A DNA stretch of 64,000 nucleotides from an uncultured Chloroflexia bacterium. Its GTDB lineage: Bacteria; Chloroflexota; Limnocylindria; Limnocylindrales; CSP1-4. Numbering within the stretch: position 1 is the first letter of the stretch; every line of letters starts with the position of its first letter. The notes beneath the pieces were generated by a model. The model had not been told where the DNA came from. It searched no databases and saw only the letters and a program-made list of their open reading frames with translations. Location of the stretch: assembly GCA_963813335.1 (NCBI GenBank), contig CAWEYL010000001.1, positions 544,001 to 608,000 of the forward strand, written 5' to 3'. The position numbers were made by a program, and so were the translations under genes. Shown one piece after another: positions 24,079 to 34,560 of this stretch.

Positions 24079-25302
24079 ATGAGGCGAGCCATCGACAGGG
24101 GACCTTCGCTCCGGCAACGCCTCCAGATCGCCGTGACGCGGCTGATCTCGATCGCCGACCTGTCGACGGATGACGACGACGCTCGTCTCCGAAAGCGCGC
24201 CGGTGTGGTCGCCGGATACGCCACGATCGTCGCCCCGCTCGCCCTGCCGCTCGAAGGAGGGCTCGTCGGCATGGCGCTTGGCGTCGGGTTCTCGCTGTTC
24301 AGCGTCGGCAACCTGGTGGTCCTGGCCCGAACGAAGCGCTTCGATCGGTACGTCATCGCCTTCCTCGCACTCGGGCCGGCGTTCGTCCTGGCGGCGAACG
24401 TCCTCGCCGGCGGGGTCACGACGAACAGCGGCAGCCTCGTCTGGGCGTTCCTCGCGCCGGCCTACGCCCTGCTCGCACTCGGACCCCGACGCGCGAGGCC
24501 GTGGTTCGTCGTCTTCCTCGCAGCCCTGCTGGTCGCGGTCGTGACGGACCCGCTCGTCCGCGGTCTCTTCGCGCCACCGCCATACGTCATCCAGCTGATC
24601 TTCTACGCGCAGAACATCGGCGTCCCGCTGACGATCACCTTCCTCCTCCTGCTCTACACCGACCTGCGACGACGCGCGGCCGAGGCGCGCTCCGACGAGC
24701 TCCTGACGAACGCCATCCCGGCATCGATCGCGACCCGCCTCAAGCACGGCGAGGACAGCATCGCCGAGACCTACCCCGCGACGACCGTGGTCTTCACGGA
24801 TATCGTCGGCTTCACGCCATGGGCGCAGCGGACCGGCCCGGCGCGCATCGTGGCGCTCCTCGACGACCTCTTCAGCCGATTCGACACGGTCGCGGCCGAG
24901 CTCGGCATCGAGAAGATCAAGACCGTCGGCGACGCGTACATGGCCGCCGCCGGCGCCCCGCAGGCCCGCGCGGACCACGCACAGGCCGCGGTCGCCTTCG
25001 GGCGGGCGGTCCTCGCCGAGGTCGCCGCCTGGCGATCGGCCAATGACCTGGCGCTCGAGGTGCGGGTCGGCGTGGCCAGTGGCCCGGTCGTCGGCGGCGT
25101 CATCGGTCAGCGGCGGATCGTCTTCGACCTCTGGGGCGACACGGTGAACACGGCAGCGCGGATGGAGTCGTCGGGCGTCCCCGGGCGGATCCACCTCGCC
25201 GCCGCGACGCGGGATCTCCTGGGTGGCGACGGATTCGAAGCGCGACAGGTCGACGTCAAGGGCTTGGGGATGATGACGACCTACCTCGTGGCCGACGCGT
25301 AG
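24079..25302 (+). CDS. Membrane-bound class III adenylate cyclase (start uncertain)
   Basis: About six TM segments; FTDIVGFT, EKIKTVGDAYM, FDLWGDTVNTAARME; K and D residues consistent with ATP specificity. Confidence 0.9.
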   Translation: MRRAIDRGPSLRQRLQIAVTRLISIADLSTDDDDARLRKRAGVVAGYATIVAPLALPLEGGLVGMALGVGFSLFSVGNLVVLARTKRFDRYVIAFLALGPAFVLAANVLAGGVTTNSGSLVWAFLAPAYALLALGPRRARPWFVVFLAALLVAVVTDPLVRGLFAPPPYVIQLIFYAQNIGVPLTITFLLLLYTDLRRRAAEARSDELLTNAIPASIATRLKHGEDSIAETYPATTVVFTDIVGFTPWAQRTGPARIVALLDDLFSRFDTVAAELGIEKIKTVGDAYMAAAGAPQARADHAQAAVAFGRAVLAEVAAWRSANDLALEVRVGVASGPVVGGVIGQRRIVFDLWGDTVNTAARMESSGVPGRIHLAAATRDLLGGDGFEARQVDVKGLGMMTTYLVADA

Positions 25303-25323
25303 CGTTTCGCGTAGCGTTGCCGC

Positions 25324-25725
25324 ATGAGCCGGGAAGCCGAGGAGATGAACCGCCACCTCCTTCGCGCGCGCGACGCCATGGACCGCGCCTACGCCGAGCC
25401 GCTCGACGTCCGCGCCGTGGCCGCGGTGGCCTGCGTCTCCGAGGCCCATTTCAGCCGCAGCTTCCGGGCGGTGTTCGGCGAGACGCCGCACCGCTACCTC
25501 CAGCGGCGGCGGGTCGAGCGCTCGATGTTCCTGCTGCGCGAGACCGACCGGAGCGTCACCGACATCTGCCTCGACGTCGGCTTCACCAGCCTCGGGACGT
25601 TCAGCCGGACGTTCCACGAGATCGTCGGCGAGACGCCGTCCGGCTACCGGATGGGCCATGGCCCGATCGTCGCGCCCAACTGCGTCCAGCTGGCGGCCAT
25701 GCGACCGCAAGGCCGGTCGGGCTGA
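25324..25725 (+). CDS. AraC-type HTH regulator (short form)
   Basis: HFSRSFRAVFGETPH, SVTDICLDVGFTSLGTFSRTF. Confidence 0.92.
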   Translation: MSREAEEMNRHLLRARDAMDRAYAEPLDVRAVAAVACVSEAHFSRSFRAVFGETPHRYLQRRRVERSMFLLRETDRSVTDICLDVGFTSLGTFSRTFHEIVGETPSGYRMGHGPIVAPNCVQLAAMRPQGRSG

Positions 25726-25819
25726 GGATGCGATCGAGCAGGTTCGGAGAAGCCGCGACCGAGGCGGCTGCCTAGGATCAGCGTCACGCCGATCGAATTC
25801 GCACCGGACAGGAGATGCC

Positions 25820-26251
25820 GTGATCACCAGGCTGAACGTCGCGTCGATCTACGTCCTCGACAAGGAGGAGGCGCTCGACTTCTACGTCAACAAGCTCGGA
25901 CTCGAGGTGGGCAACGACATCCGGCAGGGTGACTACCGCTGGCTGACGGTCCGCGTCCCCGGCGAGCGCGCGACCGAGATCTCCCTCGAACAACCAGGCC
26001 CGCCGCTGCACGACGAGGCGACCGGCGCGCAGCTCCGCGAGCTGATCACCAAGGGCGCCCTGGGTGGGCTCGTCTTCATCACGGACGACGCCCGAGGCCT
26101 GTACGAGACCCTCAAGGCACGCGGCGTCACCGACTTCACCCAGGAGCCCACCGAGCACTTCTACGGCACCGACATGGGCCTGCGCGATCCCTTCGGCAAC
26201 GCGATCCGAATCCTGCAGCAGGGGAAGGTCGCGCAGCGCACGACCGCCTGA
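25820..26251 (+). CDS. VOC/glyoxalase-family protein
   Basis: AGGAG RBS, ALDFYVNKLG, RWLTV, LRDPFGN. Confidence 0.9.
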   Translation: MITRLNVASIYVLDKEEALDFYVNKLGLEVGNDIRQGDYRWLTVRVPGERATEISLEQPGPPLHDEATGAQLRELITKGALGGLVFITDDARGLYETLKARGVTDFTQEPTEHFYGTDMGLRDPFGNAIRILQQGKVAQRTTA

Positions 26252-26306
26252 CGGATCCCGGACAGGCGCCACGACAGACGGACGCGAGGCACCAGGTTCG
26301 AGTCCG

Positions 26307-27036
26307 TCACGGATCGCCTGGACCCACGGCGAGCTGCGCGAGATCGGGCGCCACCAAGGCCAGGAGCTCGATCGCATCCTGTCGGACGGCCTCGCGGATC
26401 TCGTCTGGTCGCTCGCAAGGGTCATTCGCGATGGTCGCGACCAGTGTCTGGATCGCCTTGCGGGTGGCCGGACCGTCGAGCACCAACAGGTCCTCGGTCG
26501 ACGACCATTCCTCGATCCAGCCGAGTGGATCGTCCTCAGACCGCACGGTCTTCAGCCGGACGCCGTCCGGGGTCCGCCACCAGGTTGCCGGTGACTGGAT
26601 CGGGCCGCGGACCACTCGCCCGAGGTCGAGCGCGAGGTCCTTCGGGGTCGGGGTGCGGCAGGTCTGCCGCCACCTGACGAGCCTGCTCCAGACCCCGACG
26701 CGTGTATGTATCGACGGCCTCCGCCATCCGCTCATCAAGGAGCCGGCGCGCAGCGGATGCCACCTCCTCGAGCGCCGCCGTCCCCTGGGGAGTGGGCCGG
26801 ACGACTCGGTCCTTGTCGATCGCGACGAGGGCAGACCCAGGGTAGTGCGGATCCTCTCCGAACCAGTCGCCGGTGTCCGGGTCCTCGAGGACCGAAACGC
26901 AGACCACCTCAGCGCCCTGAAGGGCCAGCTCCGGGACGAGCACGACGATGTCTCGGCGGACGAGCCCGTGGCCGGTGGGCTCGATCCGGATCGGCGGGCG
27001 TCGCCGGGGAGCGGGTAGGTCACCCCAGCTCTTCAT
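26307..27036 (-). CDS. Hypothetical protein (frameshift near 26645)
   Basis: Two overlapping protein-like minus-strand ORFs join into about 243 aa; no motif recognised. Confidence 0.5.
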
Positions 27037-27070
27037 GCGCTCGACCGTCCTTTGCCCGTGCTACGCGGTG

Positions 27071-27541
27071 TCATCGATACGGCCGCGGCATCGGCGGGTC
27101 CTGCGCTCCATCGAAGAGGAGGCGGCCGCGCAGGGGAACGGCGAGGTAGACGTCGATCCACTCCACGTCGAAGGAGTAGCTCTGGAACCGGCTCGAGCTC
27201 GTTCCGGAGGCCGGCCAGCACCTGTCGCGGTCGAATGTCGGGCCGGCCGGGAGCGAGATGGTCACCGACGTCGGCGTGTCGATGACTTCGGGGGCGAGGT
27301 GCCAGACCCGGCTGTCCCAGTGGAACGAGCTCGTGCAGTAGGGCTCGCTGGCATAGATGCGGATGACCGACGCGGACGGGTCGGTGGGATGCTGGTCGTC
27401 GAGACCCCACATGATCAGGTGCGACCGATCCGTCGGCGTGATCGACCCTGGCGCGCTGGAGCCGAGTCGGCCAAGGAGCAGAACGCCAGCCAGGACCAAG
27501 AGCACGACGCCGGTCCCGATGAAGATGCGCGACTGCTGCAT
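27071..27541 (-). CDS. Hypothetical exported protein
   Basis: N-terminal hydrophobic anchor (IFIGTGVVLLVLAGVLLLG), two Cys, C-terminal LxxPLxGRxLxDG. Confidence 0.55.
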   Translation of the reverse strand: MQQSRIFIGTGVVLLVLAGVLLLGRLGSSAPGSITPTDRSHLIMWGLDDQHPTDPSASVIRIYASEPYCTSSFHWDSRVWHLAPEVIDTPTSVTISLPAGPTFDRDRCWPASGTSSSRFQSYSFDVEWIDVYLAVPLRGRLLFDGAQDPPMPRPYR

Positions 27542-27664
27542 GCGCCATCGATCACACACGCATGGCCGCAGCGCAAGGACTCGAAGGTCGTGCACCAAGC
27601 GGAAGGTTGACCAGGCGCACCGGCGGCGTGTCGTCGTTTCGCTGACGTCGGACGGTTGGTCGGC

Positions 27665-28210
27665 TCAGTCGTCGGCTGGCTGACTAATCCCTTTGGCCGC
27701 GTGGACCGGATGGCCGGCGAGCCGGGCGCGGTACCGGGCGTCGTCGGCGACGATGGCGGCATCCATCGGATCGCCCGACACAGCGACGACGCAGATGCCG
27801 ATGGTCGAATCCACGGCTGGGAGGCCGTCGTCAAGTTCCCAAACGACGGCATCCAAGAGGGTCCGCTGCGCCTCCTCCCGCCCGACGTGCCCGGGTATCT
27901 CGATCGCGAACTCGTCGCCGCCGAACCGAAATACACGCCAGGGCGAGAGGACCTTGATGAGATGAGCGGCGCAGGCTCGGAGTACTTGATCGCCGATGTC
28001 ATGCCCGTGCAGCTCGTTGACTGCCCGGAAGTCGTTGAGATCGACCACCGCCACCAAGGATCCGGACTGGATGTGGCGGATCGAGTCGTGACTGAACGCC
28101 CCGGTGAGCGGATCCTTCGCGAGAGGGTGGTCAACGTGCATGTCTGATCCTGACGGGCTTCCCGGTTCAGGCGCAAGGCGGATGACGTGCTCGTTCGGGT
28201 CCGTGCTCAT
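27665..28210 (-). CDS. Stand-alone GGDEF domain protein (putative diguanylate cyclase)
   Basis: DPLTG, DLNDFRAVNELHGHDIGD, FRFGGDEF. Confidence 0.8.
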   Translation of the reverse strand: MSTDPNEHVIRLAPEPGSPSGSDMHVDHPLAKDPLTGAFSHDSIRHIQSGSLVAVVDLNDFRAVNELHGHDIGDQVLRACAAHLIKVLSPWRVFRFGGDEFAIEIPGHVGREEAQRTLLDAVVWELDDGLPAVDSTIGICVVAVSGDPMDAAIVADDARYRARLAGHPVHAAKGISQPADD

Positions 28211-28668
28211 GGTGTCGGCAGTCCAAGCGAGGGACCGACCGGTGGTCGCGCCGGACGCACTGCTGGGAGCGCAGGACGCCTTGACCGTGGTTGATTTCCA
28301 CCGAATGGCCCTCACCAGACGCAGGCATCGAAGCCGACATGCGTCCCGAGGATCAGGTGCTCCGTCGGCGACCTCGGGCCACCCGTACGCGAAGAAGCCG
28401 TAGTCCCACGGGGCGCGGCGCAGATCCGCTGCTCCCGGCCGAAGACTCGACGACATCGCGGCCAGGGCCACCCGGCCGTGCTCGCACCCTCGAGGGAGGT
28501 ACCGGTACCGCGTTCACGGCGACGGGGTCGCCTCACATTTCGTGACGACCATCGCCCCGGACGACTTCACGCAGCGCGACCGTGATGGCCGGGCCGACCC
28601 TGAGCCGAGCGTAAGGCTGCGTCGACCTGACCAAGACGCTCGGCCGGGACCATCGTCGGATACACCGG

Positions 28669-30552
28669 TTGGGGACCGGAACCATACCCTTGGCGCATGC
28701 GCCCGCTGCCGCGAGGAGACCTCACTTGACCTGGGTCGGGACGAACCTGGAGGGTCTACCGGCCTGGCCGCGCCAAATCCCGCTATTCACTGGTGAAACG
28801 GAGCTCGCGGCTTATCGCACCGAGTGTGCGCGTGTCGGTGGCGTGTGGTTGATGGACGTCACGGAGGTTCGAGTCCTCGGGCGTCCTGGCCTTCGTCTCG
28901 GCGTAAGGCCCAATGGAGGTCCGGTCGAGACCCTGTGGCTTGTCGCCAGCACCGTGGACGACCCATGTCGATCCGATCTCCGCCCGAGCTACCTGTTCAT
29001 GCGGGATCACGCCGATGCCGTGCTGCCCACGCGCTTCGCCCAGCGAACGGCCGTGGCGATGCGAATCGAAGACAGGCCAAATCAATACCGATCAGGAGAT
29101 CGACCCGACCGAGGCCGTCGCCTTACCGCGGAATACCGCTTCACGGACCCGTACAGACTCGCTGCCACCTACTGGTACCCGGTCGACGCATCCATCACCC
29201 GACTGACCAAGGATCATCCCTCAGGCCGAAGTCATACGACACCAAACCCGCCGGAGGAGATCCCGACAGTATTCGCCGAGCTCGTGCGACGGACAGGTGT
29301 GGGACACCTTGAGACGAGCGCTTGGGCGCACGGCCCGTTCCGCGGGGTTCGAGCACGGTTCCCGGTTCGCGGTGAGCTGTCCCAAGACCACCCTGCCGTC
29401 ACGGTTTGGGTGGGCTGGGCTCCCTCGGACCACGCGATGGTGACCTTCGACTGGGAGGACGGCGAATCACCCACGGCGTTCGCGTGGCGTCATGCGCAGA
29501 GCCGCACCTCGCACAAACAAACGTCGATCCTAGAACTCTGGAAGGACCTGGGTCCGATCGTGCAGGCGATCGCCCCACCCTGGGCGGACTGTGACACCGA
29601 GTGGCTGTTGGGCCAGCTCGGCGAGGCATCGCAGCCGGACGCGATTCGCCCGCTGCAATCGGAACTCGAGCGGCTCGGCTCAGATCGCCTGTTCGGCAGC
29701 TTGCGCACCTTGGCCCCCGTCGAGGAGCAGTGGATGTCGCTGCTGCACTCCTCTTACCGGCCGCCTGTTTACCGGCCGCCTGTTCCGATCGTCGCACTCT
29801 CTCATGGGCGTGGGGCTCTTGACCGACTGCGCGTTCCCCTTCTGCCTCGCCATACGCGTGACCTGATCGATCCTCGTGACCTGGTCGAGGAGCCGCTCCT
29901 GACCGAGCTCGCCCGCACCGCGCACGAGTCCGTTATCCGTGTGACGGGTTGTCGATCAATCTGGGGTCCCTCGGGGCGCCTCACGGCGCGGGTCATCGCC
30001 GGCTTTGTGGGCGCGCTTGTGCCTGCAGCCTCGCCGGGCGCGGATCTCTGGGCGGGGCTCGTTCGTGAAGCGGATCGGGCACCGAGCGGCGCCCGCGCCG
30101 ACCGGGCCTTTGATCGCGACGCCGTCTCCCGCGCCGTCGAGGCCTGGGCGAGCGACTCGCGGTGGCCATTGCCGTTGGGTCAGGAGGGGCGCGATCTGCT
30201 CGCGCGTGCCTACTCGGTCGACTTCCAGATGGCGGGCTGGCTCAATGAGGCGTTCGACGATACATACGATCTCGCCGGGCCCGAATCAGAGCTCCGTTAC
30301 GATGTCGCCGTCGAAATCGGTCTTGAGCCCGGCTCCTGGGGGAAGCCGATGCGCAAGGCGCTCGTAGCGCGGGACGGCTCCCGCACCGACCTGTGGGGAG
30401 TGCCGCACTGGGCACTTGAGAACGCGGTCGTAGCCACGATGCCGGGGCTCGATCCGGCGATCCGGGAGCGCCTGGCCAAGCCCTGGCGAACCTACGAGCG
30501 ATGGATCGGCATCTGGCGGCGGCGTGGTCCGGACTGGTACCGCCAGCCGTGA
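28669..30552 (+). CDS. Large hypothetical protein (about 620 aa; start uncertain)
   Basis: Long ORF with normal amino-acid composition and atypical codon usage; no motif recognised. Confidence 0.6.
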   Translation: MGTGTIPLAHAPAAARRPHLTWVGTNLEGLPAWPRQIPLFTGETELAAYRTECARVGGVWLMDVTEVRVLGRPGLRLGVRPNGGPVETLWLVASTVDDPCRSDLRPSYLFMRDHADAVLPTRFAQRTAVAMRIEDRPNQYRSGDRPDRGRRLTAEYRFTDPYRLAATYWYPVDASITRLTKDHPSGRSHTTPNPPEEIPTVFAELVRRTGVGHLETSAWAHGPFRGVRARFPVRGELSQDHPAVTVWVGWAPSDHAMVTFDWEDGESPTAFAWRHAQSRTSHKQTSILELWKDLGPIVQAIAPPWADCDTEWLLGQLGEASQPDAIRPLQSELERLGSDRLFGSLRTLAPVEEQWMSLLHSSYRPPVYRPPVPIVALSHGRGALDRLRVPLLPRHTRDLIDPRDLVEEPLLTELARTAHESVIRVTGCRSIWGPSGRLTARVIAGFVGALVPAASPGADLWAGLVREADRAPSGARADRAFDRDAVSRAVEAWASDSRWPLPLGQEGRDLLARAYSVDFQMAGWLNEAFDDTYDLAGPESELRYDVAVEIGLEPGSWGKPMRKALVARDGSRTDLWGVPHWALENAVVATMPGLDPAIRERLAKPWRTYERWIGIWRRRGPDWYRQP

Positions 30553-30735
30553 CGAGTTCGGGCGAACGCGTCGCGGCGTATCGAAGCTGGTCGTGACTGC
30601 GACCACGAAGGCGAGGTCATACGGGCCTTGGGACAAGATGACAGGTGATTCGCCGAACCACTTGACCACACGGGACCGCTACTCTTCGGATTCGGCGGTA
30701 CGCCTCGACTGGACGGCAGTCTCGAGGTTTCGGGG

Positions 30736-33418
30736 ATGAGCTTCCTGCGAAGGATCGCGGGTCGCGACGCTGATGGCGCTCCCGAGTGGTGCGCCCCGCT
30801 GGGCGGCGACGGATACCGGCTTATGGTCGAGATCGTCGCGCGCCAGCTCGGCAGCCGCGACATGCAGGGCACGCCCGCCGAAGTGTGGTGGCCGCGCGAG
30901 GCAGCGGAGACGCTCGCCTTGCCCAAGCTCGCTGCCGGGCTGGCGAGCCTGCCCCGGGCGCAGTGGGAGCCCGCGATCCGGGCGTTCTTCGGCCCGAGGG
31001 TGGCCCAGCGCGAGGCGGGCGACCGCGCCGAAGCTGCTGCGCGAACGCTCGACCTCGCCAGTCCCATGCTTCGGTTGATCATGATGCCTGACGCGTCCGC
31101 GCCCCCCGGCGACGTCCGGTTTCCCGGTCCGCTGCCCGGGACGGTCGTGGTGCTTGCCCTCGACGCGAAGACGTCAGACCGGTACGTCAGTGAACGGCTC
31201 GCTGTCAGTTGGGGCGAGTCGCTCGAGCGCATCCACGAGGTGGCAGAGGCCCAGGTGCTGGCATTGCCGATCGACGAGGCCGATCGCGCCCACGCCGGTC
31301 GGCCCGCGGTCCGCAGCTACTCCCTCGAGCGCCACGGCGCGTACATCGGGCCGGTGATCGGCCACCTCGCCGAGCGGCTGCCGGATGCCATGGGGCCGTT
31401 CGGGGCGTACGTGGGCGTGCCGACCCCAGGTGGGCTCATCGTCCGCCCGCTCGCCGAAGGGCTCGATCTGCGTGGCGACCTCGGCGAGGTGGCCCTCCTG
31501 TGTCAGACCGTGTGGGAGAAGGCGGCAACGCGCATCGAGCGGGTGCCGTTCTGGGTGCGGCCGGACGGCAAGATCGTGCCCGGGCCGCTGTCCTTCGACA
31601 GCGCCGGCGCGACCGGATCATCGATGCCCGGCCTCGCCGGCGTCCTGTCCGCTCTCGACCCCCGCGAGCTTCTGCCGGTCGCCGGTTGGGCACAGGGCAA
31701 GCTGACGCCGGATCAGTACGTCCGGTTCGCGGGGTGCGTCTCCGCCGAGCTCGGGTATGCGGCGCCTGAGGAGGTCGCGAAGCTCGGATCGGGGCTCGGC
31801 CTCGCCTCGCTCGCGGAGGCCTGCGGGTCGGCCCCGTTTTCGGCGTGGCTCGGCACGATCCGAGAGCACCTCCGCCGAGAGAAGGTCGGGGCCGCCGACG
31901 TGCGGGGACTGGCCACCGGCGAGGTCGATGACCGCGAGTCCGCCCTGGCCGCGCTCGTGACCTGGATCGACGCGCCGGCCGCAGACTCCACCGCCGAGGT
32001 TACACAGCCGGTTGGCGACACCGGCTTCGTGGAAGTCCTCGGCATGATGGCGAACGGCCTTGCACGGGTCGTCAAGCCGACGGCCGCGGCGGCGCTGGGG
32101 TCGGTCGACGCCCTGTTCGACCGGGGCCGCGAAGCGATCCGCGCGTCGCTCTCGGTCGCTCCGTCTCCCGCGGAGCACCTATCCGGAGCGGCGACCCGCG
32201 TCAGCGGCCACCCGTCGCCGACTGCCGCCATCCCGCACCTCATGACCTGGCTGCCGGACACCGTCGGGCCGTACGGAGCGCTGGTGGCCGTCGGCGATGC
32301 CTGGTCGCTCGAGGTCCTCCCGATCTACGACGCGTCGGCCGTCCTCGACCTGCCGGAGCTGCTGGGTCACGCAGCCGGCGCAACCGCGATCGCGGAGTGG
32401 CCGGTGCCGCCGTCGGTGTTCTGGGTACGACCCGATGGGCTCGACGTCCTGCGCGTCGAGGTCGAGGACGGGGTCCTCACCGGCGTGACCTCGTCGGCGG
32501 ACCTCGCCGCGCTGGTCGCCCGCCTCCCGGCGGGTCCGCGCCGCCTGCCGCCCGGCCTGGCCGAGATCCTGGGCGAAGAGGGCGGGCGTCGGTTCTACGG
32601 TGTGCTCCATGCCGCGGTCGTCGAACGCCTCGGCACCGACCCGGCCGGCCTCGCCGAGCTCGGGGTCCCGAGGATCCGCGGGATCGCCGGCCGATGCCGG
32701 GCCGCTCCCGCCGGCGGACTGGGCGGCGCTGATCCGGGCGTGGATGGACGAGATGGCCGCGCCGCGCCGCGAGCTCGACCGGATGACGCAGGCTACGGAC
32801 TACTCCGAGGTGGAGCCGGCCCTGTGTCTCAGGGTGGCGCGCCGTGACAACTCGGGCTCCCGGCTCGCGCGCGACGCGGGTGGCGGGCTGGTCGTCTTCC
32901 CCGTGATCGGGGCCGCGGGACGCTACCGGCGGGTGACCCACGCGATGCTCGAACGTTGGGGCGTGGACGATGAGCGATGCCACCACGATGCCGCGGTCCG
33001 CACGGCGCTGGCCCCGGACCTCGTCGACGAGCCGATGTACCCGGACCAGCCGTCGGTCCGTCAGGTGTACGGGCGGGAGCTCGAGCGCGAGGCGGCCGGT
33101 CTCTGCCTGCACCTGCGGTACCCGGGCACTCGGCGTGGGTTCGTCGTCTCGATCACCCACGGCAGCCGCGCTCACTACGTCCGCCTGGACGACCCGGGAG
33201 CCATGGCGCTGCTGCCAGTCTTCGCACACGTGATCGCCGGGATCTACGCTAACGCCGAAGCCGCAGCCGACGCGCACAGCCCGTGGCTGATCTGGCTGAC
33301 ACCAGACGGGCGCGTGATCGATCTGTTCGACGTCACGAAGCCGCTCCCGCCGCCGGACCGGCTGCCCGATGACCTTCGCGCGATGATGGACGCGGCCACG
33401 ACGACCCGACTCAATTGA
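30736..33418 (+). CDS. Hypothetical protein of three tandem 290-aa repeats (frameshift near 32710)
   Basis: FWVRPDG at 31549 and 32419 and IWLTPDG at 33290, spaced 870 and 871 nt. Confidence 0.7.
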
Positions 33419-33530
33419 ACGGCGTGACGGACCATCGAAGGATTGCCCCGCGGAGCTCGCCGGCGAGCCGTCGGCCTGTGGAAGGCCGCGACCCGAGGCT
33501 GCCGGCGCTTATCGACCACGCAGCGATGTC

Positions 33531-34094
33531 GTGATGCAGCCTGAGCCTGACTCCACCATGGCGCGGCCGACCGTCGCTCGTCCTCTATCCGAGGCGATCG
33601 ATCGCGCCCGCCGGCTGACGGCCGAGGAGATCACTGCCCTCGACGGGGTCTTTCGCGACACCGCCGCCATCGGGCCAGCCTGGTCGTGGGCGTATGGCGG
33701 TTGGGTGAAGCATGCGAACAACTATGACTTTGAGGCCCTTTGGAACGGGATCGACGCGTTGAATTCCGACCTAGACGAGGCTCGCGCAGCCGTCTTTGCC
33801 GCCGCAGTGGTGGCCCATGTTCCCGGCAGCGACGATCCCAGACACGCGGAACTCACGCGCCGATGGACGAGCGTGCGACTCAACGCGACCCCGGCACGTT
33901 GGTCTGAGGCGGCTGCCGTAGTCCTGGCCGCGCCTGGTCCGACTTGGGGTGCGGCGTTGGCCGTCGAGGCGGCAGTCCTCGCCTTTGCCGGCGGGCATCT
34001 CGATCCTGACCGTGCCCTGATCCGGCCGTGGGAACTGGTGATCGAACCACTCCCCACATGGCTGCCGCAGTCCTTCTGGCCGTGGTCCTGGTGA
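33531..34094 (+). CDS. Hypothetical Trp-rich protein
   Basis: 187-aa ORF with protein-like composition. Confidence 0.5.
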   Translation: MMQPEPDSTMARPTVARPLSEAIDRARRLTAEEITALDGVFRDTAAIGPAWSWAYGGWVKHANNYDFEALWNGIDALNSDLDEARAAVFAAAVVAHVPGSDDPRHAELTRRWTSVRLNATPARWSEAAAVVLAAPGPTWGAALAVEAAVLAFAGGHLDPDRALIRPWELVIEPLPTWLPQSFWPWSW

Positions 34095-34120
34095 CGGTCG
34101 CCCGGCCTGCCGGCCGGACG

Positions 34121-34450
34121 CTATCTGTCCCGCGGGTCTGGAACCGGGTGATCGATGGCCTCGAAATGTGGGTGTTCCGCGATGAGCGGGCCATGGTCGT
34201 CGTGGACCGTCCCGTGAGTGACCTCGATGATCATGTCGGCTCTGGCTGAATCCAGAACCTGATACCGCCCGACCGAGGAGAGGAACGGACCAGCGCAGGT
34301 CCACTCGAGGTACTGGGCGAGCTCGAGACGACGGAGCAACGTCCCGATTTCGAGCGTGACACCAGCGGGGTACGTCTCGCTGCCAGAGACCCGGCGGCGA
34401 ACACGATGCGTTGGTCGAGAGAGGTTGTCGTCGCGAGGGGCCGCTTCCAT
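34121..34450 (-). CDS. Small hypothetical protein, probably leaderless
   Basis: 109-aa ORF; TACGTT -10-like hexamer 6 nt before the ATG. Confidence 0.45.
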   Translation of the reverse strand: MEAAPRDDNLSRPTHRVRRRVSGSETYPAGVTLEIGTLLRRLELAQYLEWTCAGPFLSSVGRYQVLDSARADMIIEVTHGTVHDDHGPLIAEHPHFEAIDHPVPDPRDR

Positions 34451-34560
34451 GTGAGGAACGTATGCAGTCCACGCGCCCGGCGCCAGATGACAGACGTCCT
34501 CCTCGCGGGCAGGTGGCCATCGCGTCGCGGTGCCCATCCTCGGGCTACCATTGACCTCCC

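Noticed and set aside
26291-26315. GGTTCGAGTCC T-loop-like sequence as a tRNA remnant or att site (similar at about 28866)
   Set aside because: T-stem pairs poorly, there is no acceptor/CCA and no match to the tRNA-Leu; the second instance lies inside a CDS
28210-28560. Protein-like fragments (PWDYGFFAYGWPEV, HLILGTHVGFDACVW) upstream of the GGDEF gene
   Set aside because: They need several frameshifts to join; cannot be supported as a gene
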